Of a stretch of DNA of 64,000 nt, positions 12,525-23,150 are shown in pieces (position 1 is the first letter of the stretch; each line of letters begins with the position of its first letter). The translations under genes and the position numbers were made by a program. Below the pieces are notes generated by a model. It saw only the letters and a list, made by a program, of their open reading frames with translations. It did not search any database and was not told the origin of the DNA. The DNA lies in assembly GCF_030144855.1 (NCBI RefSeq), contig NC_082722.1, forward strand, positions 28,892,001 through 28,956,000, given 5' to 3'. Source of the stretch: Hypanus sabinus. Lineage: Eukaryota.

Positions 12525-14058
12525 TACAAACAAGAGAAAACCTGCTGAAGGAGCTCAGCAGGCCAGGCAGCAGCTATGGAAAAGAGTACAGTCAATGTTT
12601 CGGGCCAAGACCCTTCATCAGGACTGGAATAAAAGATGAAGAGTCAGAGTAAGAAAGTAGGGGGAGGAGAGGAAAAACCAAAAGGTAACAGGTGAAACCA
12701 GACGATGAGGACGGTTGAAGTAAAGAGCTGGGAAGTTGATTGGTGAAAGAGATAAAGGGGTGGAGAAGGGGTAATCTCACAGGAGAGGACAGAAGGCTGT
12801 GGAAGAAAGAGGATGGGAGGAGCAACAAAGGGAGGTGAAAGGCAGGTAAGGAGATAAGGTAAGAGGGGGAAATGGAGAATAGTGAGGGGGGGGGGGGGTA
12901 GCATTACCAGAAGCTCATGCCATCAGGTCTTCCCACCCCGTTACTTGCAAAAACAGAAGTAACGCCATCCCCTTCTCTCAATGCATCTGTTCTCACAGTG
13001 AGTGTTTAATTTGAGAACTAAGGAGATGGTCTCCTTCTTCAAAGGGGCTTCCCTTCCTCCACCATCAACACTGCCCTCAATCGCATCTCTTCCATTTTGT
13101 GCACGTCTGCCTTCACCCCATCCACCCACCATCCTACCAGGGATAGGGTTCCTCTTGTCCTCACCTACCACCCCACCAGCCTCTGCGTCCAACACGTAAT
13201 TCTCCAAAACTTCCACCACCTAGAGCTGGATGCCACCACCAAGCACATCTTTCCTTGCCCCCAACTTTCTGCTTTCAGCATGGATCGCTCCCTACGCAAC
13301 TCCATTGTCCATTTGTCCCTCCCCACTGATCTCCCTCTGGTACTTATCCTTGCAAATGGAACAACACCTCCTCCATGATTACCATTCAGGGCCCCAAACA
13401 GTCCTTCCAGGTGAAGCAACACCTTACCTATGAGTCTGCTGGGGTCTTCTACTGTATCAAGTGCTCCCAGTGAGGCCTCCTATGTATCAATGAGACCCGA
13501 CACAGGTTGGGAGACCACTTCACTGAGCACCTACGCTCCATCTGCCAGAAAAAGTAGAATCTCCCAGTGGCCACCCATTTTAATTCTACTTCCCAATCCT
13601 ATGCCGACATGCCAGTCCATGGCCTCCTCTATTGTCGCAATGAGGCCACACTTATGTTGGAAGAGCAACACCTTATATTCCATCTGGTGAGCCTCCAACC
13701 TGATTAAAATTGATTTCTCAAACTTCCGGTAATGTCCCCTCTCCCCACCTTCACAATTCCCCATTTTCCTCTCTCACCTTATCTCCTTACCTGCCCATCA
13801 CCTCCCTCTGGTGCTTCTCGTTCTTCCATGGCCTTTTGTCCTCTTCTATCAGATTCCCCCTTCTCCAGCCCTGTACCTTTCATCAATCAACTTCCGAGCT
13901 CTTTACTTCACTCCTCCCACTACCAATTTCACCTATCACCCTGTGTTTCTTCCTCCTCTCCACCAACTTTCTTACTGTAACAACTTTTTTTTTCAGTCCT
14001 GATGAAGGGTCTCAGCCTGAAACATCAACTGTACTCTATTCCATAGATGCTGCCTGAC
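12525..14058. mobile_element. PLE insertion with inverted duplicated 3' ends (minus arm ~12525-12930, plus arm ~12930-14058)
   Basis: Plus arm encodes RDRVPLVLTYHPTSLCVQHVILQNFHHL..SAFSMDRSLRNSIVH (PLE RT-EN linker) plus GIY-YIG remnants; both arms end in the hammerhead tail. Confidence 0.85.
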
Positions 14059-14064
14059 CAAGTG

Positions 14065-14620
14065 ATAATTAAAAAAAAGCACAAAAGCACCTGTTCACCT
14101 CAGACGGTTGAAGCAGTTTGGTATGGGTTCCCAAATCCCAAGGACTTTCTATGGGGGCACAACTGAGAAAATCCTGACTGGCTGCATCACTGCCTGGTAT
14201 GGGAACTGTAGTTCCCTCAATTGCAGGACTCTGCAGAGAGTGGTGCGGACAGCTCAGCACATCTGTAGATGTGAACTTCCCACTGTTCAGGACATTTATA
14301 AAGACAGGTGTGTAAAAAGGGCCCGAAAGATCATTGGGGACCCGAGTCACCCCAAACACAAACTGTTCCAGTTGCTACCATCCAGGGAACAGTACCGCGA
14401 CACTAAAGCCAGAACCAACAGGCTCCAGGACAGCTTTACCCAAAGGCCATCTGACTGATTAATTCACACTGATACAACTGAATTTCTATGCTATATTACT
14501 GTCCTGTTGTACATAATACTCATTACAAATTACTATAAATTGCACATTTAGACAAAGACATAACAAAGATTTTTTACTTATGTATGTGAAAGATGTAAAT
14601 AATAAGGTCAATTTAATTCA
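14065..14620 (+). mobile_element. Rex1/Babar-type LINE 3' fragment
   Basis: FYGGTTEKILTGCITAWYGNCS..LQRVVRTAQHI..HPKHKLFQLLPS..RLQDSF. Confidence 0.85.
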
Positions 14621-16474
14621 AGTAAACACATTGTTGTGCAACTCCACAAACAATCCTGCTTGAGATGTGTAATTTTGTTTTAAATTTGACAGTAAACTCT
14701 ATTTAAAGATAACTAAAACTTACCAGCACAAGTACGGTTAAGGGAGGGGGTGGAATCAAATGTTGCAAATAAAAATAAAATCATACAATTCCAGAAAATG
14801 AACTTGGCAGTTGATTTTTCTTACATTTAAACTTGCAATAATATTAAGGACAGCATATTTGTATAAATAAATGTTGGCTGGGTGATAAATATTGAACAGC
14901 ACATCAGTATTCTTTAGTGCCATGGCATCTCAAGTGGCAAATAAAGCCTGTCTTAAATGACGATAACCAATACTACAAAACTCACCTATTCTAGTGCACA
15001 TCTGAAGTAGTACTATAATGTTAGGGATTCTGATTTTTGGATGAGATGCCAATCTGTCAGGTGTACAAAAATTATTTCACTGGATGGTCCTCAAATAATG
15101 CTATTCCCTGTGCCCTGCCCAATATTTTTCCCACAACAAACATCCTCAGATTAACTTCACTTGTTCACTAATTGTTAGGTCCCTCCTCAAAGATCCCAAA
15201 TCTCCCTGCAACAAAAAAAAAGGAAACCCTGAATAGACACAGCCTGCCCTCCAGCAGAGTGCAAGTCATGAGGTGGTGCAGATCATAGCCAATTGGTTTC
15301 AGAACAATACCAAAGCTCAGGGCCACTTTGATGAATGATATGGCAGCCAAGTGAGAAGCTTCCATTCTTGCAGGGTGAATCTGAGTACATCAGGTTGGAA
15401 ACTACACCAGACACACGGGCAAGCCTGTAGAGCACCTGAAGACTGCCAAAACCAACATCTGGCAGTGCCAGGCATGAGGGGGTAGAGAAACTCTGAGATT
15501 TTTCCTGGGAAAAAAACCACAAGTTCTGGGTGAGACTGCAGATTTCAAGAGGCACAATTGCAGGAACCAGAGTTCAGAAAATATCCAAACAGCAAATGAA
15601 GATGAGAGCAAATGGCAGATATTAATAGATAACCTCATTATGGAACACACCTAGCAACTCGATAGCTACTAGTACATGGGTGGTCAGCAGGAAAATCAAG
15701 GTGGCAGGTGAAAAGTGAAGAGGGAGGAAGAATAATTGGGTGCATGTGAAGACTAAACATGTACATGTGGAAAAGATGATTGAGTACATACAGAATAAGA
15801 CCATAAGACATGGGCAATTAAGCCAATAGACCTCTAGAAATGAAAGTGAGTGGGTGAATGAAAATGAGTGAAGAGGTCCTATTTGTCAATAGACCAAGAA
15901 CTCCCTCCAACAAGCTGGTATGGTAGCTTTTCTGCAACAGTCATTCGAGATTAAAGGAATACATGCATCATCTTCCACTCAAAACTGGAATAGAAGCAAG
16001 TCATCCTCGATCTTGAAGCACTGCCTAAGAGAAAGCCAACTCCCTCGAGAATAAATGTCAGAAAAGTCTGCCTTTTGGAGTGGATTTCAATTAATGATGT
16101 CATCAGTCAAAGTAAGACATGCCTCCATGTAAACCACAGAAGGAATGAAGGAAGTTCTTAGGAACTGGGATTTAATATTAAACATCCATTAAGACGTGAT
16201 CTGATCAAATCTACTTTATTCAAGACAAATCGGCAAACTGCATACAAAAAGACCCTTCCTGGAACTTTGCTAAGTAAGCTTTATCTTTCAAATAGAAATA
16301 ATTAGGGTTGAGTTTACTTTTGGGGTGAAGAGCAAGTGCAATGAAAAACTAAAATTTAAAATTCTAAATTAGAATCATCGATTCCCTACCTTAAAAATAC
16401 AAATAGCCCCGATTCCCAGTTTCCAAGTTTTTGTGCAATAAAAACATAACATTCTTATTTAATTTTATACTTAC

Positions 16475-16579
16475 AGCTGTGTGCCCCTTCACAATGATAA
16501 CGCCTTCCTTTATATCTGTTGCATCAACGGGACAAGTGCTTTTGCTGTTTCTTAGTATATCCAGATCCCAGACCTCAGC
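16475..16579 (-). CDS. EDC4: EDC4 coding exon 7
   Basis: AEVWDLDILRNSKSTCPVDATDIKEGVIIVKGHTA; 105 nt; CAG/GTAAG. Confidence 0.95.
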
Positions 16580-16904
16580 CTGATCAAGTTACAAGCGTAA
16601 GATATTTTAAAATTCAAAGGAACAAGAATTCATTTACCCATCAAGCAGAAACAATAACCTGATTTTATTAATGACTCAGAATAAGATGTTGAGAAGGAAA
16701 GCAGCTCCAAGACTTGAAACATCACTGGCAAATGGATAAACAAATTAAAACTAAACTGGCAACCCAGGATACATAATAATTTTTTCCACATATCTTTAAT
16801 ACTATTTATGTCTGAAATCCATACTGTGCATTATCATGAGGAAAGACAGGTTAGAACAGATTTATTTAAAAATTATGGATCTTGAAATGTTCCCACCACC
16901 TTAC

Positions 16905-17049
16905 CCTATCTTCATGTAAAACAGCAAGCGTTTGACTGCCTTCATCGTTATCCTCATTTTCTTCTGGAATAAAGGGGCACCAGATGATTCTCCTGTTTAC
17001 ATTTAAAGGTGTTCCATCTGGTCTCTTAATGTGCATTACAATTTTTTCC
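16905..17049 (-). CDS. EDC4: EDC4 coding exon 6
   Basis: EKIVMHIKRPDGTPLNVNRRIIWCPFIPEENEDNDEGSQTLAVLHEDR; 145 nt; CAG/GTAAG. Confidence 0.95.
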
Positions 17050-17751
17050 CTGAATATTTAGCATAGGAAAAATAATCACAGAAGCATTTAACAATCTTAC
17101 ATTCTCTATATTAAAAACTAACTTCCTTAAATTCATGTCATTGACCTTGCAAATGTAGGTCATAATTTCACAAAAATGCATCAGTGTCCTTCATGTTGCA
17201 TTACCTGAAGATTCAAACAACTCACTGACCAGTGCCATCCTTTGGTACAACTATCCAATTACTTTAGTATCATACATTCAAGTTTATAAAAAGTGTTTAA
17301 AAATCCTCAAACATCTTTGATTTGCAATTTCTTTATTTCATCCCTATCAATCCTCAGTTTCGAGAAACAGAATTTCAGTTTAGGCCCAAATATTAATTCT
17401 AAAGGTGCAAGAATAACTTCTTTACTTCACTAATATATCCCTTTGAAGACTATTTGAGCCCTCCTTCTTGCTAAGCCCCTTATATTCATATCAGAACATT
17501 TGGCCACAGAACGCCCAGCATCTTTATTCTTCTTAGCAGACAGCACCAAAAGCAACTGCATCACCTGGGCAACAGTGATTTACACCATAAGACCATGAGA
17601 CATAGGAGCAGAACTAGGTCATCTGTCTACAGTCTGCTCCACCTTTTCATCATTGCTGATTTATTATTCTTGTCAAACCCATTCTCCTGCTTCTCCCTGT
17701 AAGAGCAGTCACCCTTACTAATCAAGAACCTATCAACCTGCACTTTAAATA

Positions 17752-18701
17752 CAGGCAGTCCCTGGGTTATGAATGAGTTCCGTTCCTGAGTCCATCTTTA
17801 AGTCAGATTTGTACACAAGTCATCCGATATTATTTAGCGCTAGTTCGTCAAACGTTTGTCTTAGTATATAGTATATATTTTATCTTTCTATGCATATAAA
17901 ACACTTAAGAAACTTATGTATTCCAATAAATAAACTACAGCGTTGCTTAGTAATAATTGTAGCTTTCATCGGACTGCACCTTTCGCAGTCTCCATTATTC
18001 TCACTTTATCCTTTAAAATTGTTCCAATTGTTAACTGACTGTAGCCTTATGCTTTTCAAATGACCGATGACGTTTCACCTCTTTCTAAATGTTTTATTAT
18101 TTCCACTTTATTTTCAATCACAATCGCTTCCCATCAATGGAACAGAAACCTCCAACCTCCACTGGCTCCCAAGCTCCACTGGGACCTAAGGACAACTGCA
18201 TTGAATTCCCCAGGTCCTGAAGTCCACCACACTGAGACAGGTTAAATGGGACAAGTGGGGGCTGTGCTGGGTTTGGGTATTTGATCCACCACAATATTCC
18301 GCGTGGGAATTTAAATTGTAGGCGGCAGTGTTTTTTTTAAATGAGGTCGGGTTGTGAGCTCGACATCAACCCGGCACAGATGGCACAGGTGTCACTGGAT
18401 CGACATAAGCCGGGCACGGGAGTGTTCTGTCACTGGATTGAACTCGGGAACCTCCGTTCTCGAGCCCGGCGCTAATCTCACTCCACCACCAGCTGAATAG
18501 AACGGGGGGCGGAGTCCAGGTGAATCTTGCTAAGAAAAATTTAAGCCAAATACAATGTTACATACTCACTGTCAACAGCAACGACTTAAAATGGCGGACG
18601 GCATTGTGATCTGACTTAAAATTGCTGACGGCGTTCTCCTTCCTCGGTTCGTAAGTATGAGTTGTCTGTCAGTCGGACGTTCATAACTCAGGGACTACTT
18701 G
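17752..18701. mobile_element. Non-autonomous pogo/Tigger-like (Tc1/mariner superfamily) element
   Basis: TIRs CAGGCAGTCCCTGGGTTATGAATG / CAAGTAGTCCCTGAGTTATGAACG with a TA duplication; excision restores CR1 tttaaatatacccaat as seen near 57200. Confidence 0.85.
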
Positions 18702-19571
18702 TATACCCAATCACTTAGTCTCCACACCTGCCAGTGGCTATGAATGCCAGATTCACCACCCTCTGGCTAAAGAAATTCCTTACCATCTCTGTTCTAAATG
18801 GATGTCCTTCTCTTCTGAGACTGTGCCCCCTGGTCCTAGACTCCCCCACTACAGAAAACATCCACTCGACATCCATTTTATCTAGTCCTTCCAATATTTG
18901 ATAAGTTTCAATAAGACATCCTCTCATTCTTCTAAAATCCAGTGAGTATAGGACCAGAGCCATCAAATGGTAAATCTTTCATTCTCATGAACCACCTCTG
19001 GACCCTCTACAATCCTAACAAATCTTTTCGAGCCCAAACTGCTCACAATACTCCAGTGCAGTCTGAACAATGTCTTACAAAGCCTTAGCATTACTTCCTT
19101 GCATTTATATTCTAATCTTCGAAAAGAACGCTAACATTGCATTTGCCTTCCTTACTACCAACTCAACCTGCAAGTTAACTTTTAGGGAATCCTGTACAAG
19201 GACTCCCAAATACCATTGCACCGCTGATTTCTGAAGATGCTCCCTGTTTAGAAATTAGTTCAAAGCCTTTATTCCATTGACCATACATTTCCCTATACTA
19301 TATTCCATCTGTCACTTCTTTGCCCATCCTCCCATTCCATCCATGTCCTTCTACAAACTCCTTGCTTCCTCAACACTACCTGGCCCTCCACCTATCCTCA
19401 TATTGTCCGCAAGCTTGGCCACAAAGCCATCAACTCCATCATCAAAATCACTGACATGTGTAAATAAGCAGTCCCAACACCAACCTCTGTGGAACAGCAC
19501 TAGTTACCTGCAGCCAACCAGAAAAGACCCCCATTCTTTGCCTCTTGAAAGTCAACCATTCTTCTATCCAT

Positions 19572-20043
19572 ACTCGAGGAAATCTGCAGATGCTGGAAAT
19601 TCAAGCAACACACACAAAATGCCGGTGGAACGCAGCAGGCCAGGCAGCTGCGTTCCCATCTATAGGGAAAAGCACTGTCGACGTTTCAGGCCAAGACCCT
19701 TCATCAGGACTAACTAAAAGGAAAGATAGTAAGAGATTTGAAAGTAGGAGGGGGAGGGGAAAATGAGAAATGATAGAAGACTGAAGGGGGTGGGGTGAAG
19801 CTGAGAGCCAGAAAGGTGATTGGCAAAAGGGATACAGAGCTGGAGAAGGGAAAGGATCATGGAACATTGACTTCTCTAACTTCCGTTAATGCCACTCCTC
19901 CCCTTCTTACCCCATCCCTGATATATTTAGATTTTTTTCCTTTCCTTTTTTTCCCCTCTCTTTCTGCCCATCATTGCCTGTCCTCCATCTCCCTCTGGTG
20001 CTCCCCTCCCTCTTTCTTCCTCCTTAGGCCTCCTGTCCCATGA
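19572..20043 (-). mobile_element. Short PLE insertion with 5' inversion
   Basis: Minus-oriented tail 19572-19862 joined to the plus-oriented preceding segment 19863-20043; shared CCATGA at the breakpoint. Confidence 0.75.
19675..19712 (-). ncRNA. Minimal type-I hammerhead ribozyme motif (best-preserved copy)
   Basis: UAGUC-CUGAUGA-AGGGUCUUGGCCU-GAA-ACGU-C^GACAG: complete core, short helix II, palindromic helix III, GUC triplet. Confidence 0.7.
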
Positions 20044-22834
20044 CCTTATCTTTTCCTTCTCAATCTGCAGAGTGAATTCTATCATATTATGATTATTACC
20101 TCCTAAGGGTTCCTTTACTTTTAGCTTCCTACCCATTCCAGAACTGCCTTTCCCCTTTTCTATCTCCCTTTGTAATTTGTACCTACATCCTGGTTACTGT
20201 TATATGCCTGCATATATCTCCCATCTTGGTCCTTTTTACCCTTGCAGTTTCTGAACACTACCCACAAGGATTCTACACCTTCTGATATCCATGTCCCCTC
20301 TTTCTAAAGATTTTATTTCATTTATAACCAACAAAGCTACCTCACCAACACTGTCCACCCTCCCCCCCCACCAACCTACCTGCCTGTAATTTCAATACAA
20401 CATGCATCCTTGGATGTTAAGCTCCCAACTACAATCTTATTTCAGCTACGACTCTAAGTAATGTCCACATCATACTGACCAATCTCAAATAAGATCTACC
20501 TCATTCCACATACTGCCTGCATTCAAATACAACACCTTCAGTCCTTTAATCATCAACCTTTTCGATTTAGGTCCCCTATTACACATTAACTCATCCTGCA
20601 ATTTTGCCCCATCATCTACCTGCCCTTCCTGAGTCACACTACACAGTGCACCTACTTGTATACCAACTGCTCCATCCTCAGCCCTATCACTCTGCTTCCC
20701 ATCCCTCTGCCAAATTAGTTTAAACCCTCCCCAAAAACTCTAGCAAACCTGCCTACAAAGATATTGGATTTCTATCTTCCTATTTTCCACTTACATTCTT
20801 CAACCTCTGCCACTTATACAGCTTACAGTTCCCTAGTCCCAACAGGCTTCTTTACTAGAGACATACAACCTCTTTCCAACAGTATGATCCATGGGCCTTC
20901 CTCTTGTTCTTTCCAACAACTTGCTTTGTTACTTTCCCAGTTCTAATGAAGACAACGTGACATTAACTGGTTCACTCCCCAAAGATACTGCCAAATCTGA
21001 TCAGCATTACCAGCAGTTTATTCTTATTTCCAATTTGTCATGCCAGCTATTAAAATTGTGGTGAATTGCCTATAACTGTGGTAATTATTAGTCCTCATTT
21101 TTGTTGTCTAAGCTTCAGAGCTGTTAACCACCCCAACACCCTCCAAAACCTTTTTTGTTCAGCACTCTCCTGATAGTATTTTGTCTATTGTACCAAAAAT
21201 TAGCTGCAATGGTTCTTCATTGAAGGAAGCAGGGTGGAAAGGGGAATAATCATTCATCTGGGTGATAGTTGATCCAGTCTCAGCCTCATTTCCTGCTTAC
21301 TACTGATTTTGTTGTCCCACATGGCACAGAAGTGTATCCATCTCAGCCTTCAGAACATTTTCATTGAGGCTTCACAGTTTTCAAGTATATTTCCAAAGCT
21401 TTAAGCTCCTCAGAAAAAAATCCTTGTTAATTAAAACGTGTTACATAGAATCTTATTCTGTAACTGCCACCCTGAATTTCAGATTCCACAGTGGACAGAA
21501 ACACCTTCTTAGAATTTAACCTGTCATTAACCTTCAGAAATCTTATGTTTCAGTGAGATTACTTCCCATTTTTCTAAACAATGAGAAAAAGTCTAACCTA
21601 ATTAGCTGACACTCATAGATCCCACCTTTAAGGAAACCAAACCGAATGCACAATCCAAATGTGTTCTTATCATTCATGCTGTTAAGTTATACCAATACTC
21701 ATCTATTATATTCTAACCCTAATGCAATAAAGACCTTCCTAATTATTGACCCTTCTGCACCTTCATGCAAACTTTAAGCTTCTACCTCTACTTCCCTCAG
21801 TAACTCATAAGTTGTTGACATTTTTTTTAAAAAGGAGCAAAAAAATATATATATCCATTATCTATGCATTATTGCCTTCTTTCGACAAATGGTGAGAACA
21901 AAATGAGTACGACAGCTATATCTCAAACTGCCATAGGATATCTTCTTGCCCTCCGATCAGACACTTAAGATATTTTAACGTATACTGTACATTAAAATTC
22001 CATTTCATTTTTGCTGACATTTAATTTCATGCACTCCTTCTGCCTCTTATTCCAAAATGCAGACCCTTTTGTGTATTTTCCATATTCACCTTTTCCTACA
22101 AAGTTATGAATTTTGTAACTCAAACTAGCCTCCATTTGCCTGTTTCTTTAAACATTAATCTTTAACCATCCTAGATCTAAGCTTAAGGTTTGCTTCTTTC
22201 CTCAATCGTGAGAATGCATGATGTGCATATTACTAAGTTTTTCCACATTTGAATTATTATTTTGCCTATTACTTTTTAAATCCTAATCAAAATTGCCTTT
22301 TCAACATTAAAGTTAACCTTCCTCTAATTTTATACTGAACTGTTCCTTGCCTCTGCTACAGCTATCCTCAATCAAAATTTGATTATTGTTCCTCTAATAT
22401 TCACACACAAAAACATCTCACTGCTCTCTATCAATCTCAAAACCTGATCAACCAGTTTCCTGTCTGACTCAACCAAAACATATTGATCATATTGATCACG
22501 TTTTACGTATACATTTCACAAATTCCTTATTTTCCCACCACTACACTCTCTACAGTTAAAGTCTTTGTAGTCCTTTGTTCAAATGCCCATTTTTCTCCTT
22601 TATTAGCCTTCTTGAATTTAAAGACATGTTGCATTTTATCACAATTAAATCTCCATAACTACTGCTGAAGTACTCATTTTATTATCTATCTCCTTTACCT
22701 CTTCATTGGTATTCTCTTCTAGACCAAAGTTAATTAGAACATCTCCATTCAGCATTTTATGTTAATATTGTAAGTAATGATACCAATCTTTTTTTTAATT
22801 GATATTAAATAAATCTATTCCATGTACAGGATAC

Positions 22835-23021
22835 TGTATTTTTCCATTTTCTTCATTTAGTTGCCAGACAAAAAGGTTGCCTGCCTCATCAACACAGGCT
22901 AGTTGGTTAGAGTTGAGGTGTGCAAAACCCAAATCAGCAACAGCACCAGTAAATCCTTTCAGTAAAGTCCGCTCAGCCGTACCAATGCTCAAAACCCGTA
23001 CCATGCCAATGCTATTAGTTC
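22835..23021 (-). CDS. EDC4: EDC4 coding exon 5 (WD40 region)
   Basis: GTNSIGMVRVLSIGTAERTLLKGFTGAVADLGFAHLNSNQLACVDEAGNLFVWQLNEENGKIQ; 187 nt; donor CA|GTATCCTG. Confidence 0.95.
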
Positions 23022-23150
23022 CTAAGAAAAAATTAAAAAGTTATTAGATTCCTTTGTTAGTCTACTTACACAATTCTAACCACAGTAATGGTTTGCAAAT
23101 TGTGATACAATAACATAACTCGAAGTTTGTTCTTAAAGGAAGAGATTTTA

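Larger units (their letters stand above)
17585..20770 (-). mobile_element. CR1 LINE, fragmented by nested pogo/Tigger-like and PLE insertions
   Basis: LYSLDFRRMRGCLIETYQIL..TRGHSLR..RNFFSQRVVNL (18715-18966); EPLGGNNHNMIEF (endonuclease end, ~20050-20130). Confidence 0.85.
17050..22834 (-). other. EDC4: EDC4 intron 5, probable U12-type (minor) GT-AG intron
   Basis: Donor GTATCCTG (U12 consensus GTATCCTT); acceptor lacks an adjacent polypyrimidine tract and has TTTTCCTATGC about 11 nt before the end of the intron. Confidence 0.65.

Noticed and set aside
12885-12898. Poly-G run as a regulatory G-quadruplex
   Set aside because: A homopolymer expansion of a G-rich PLE tail position; no further support
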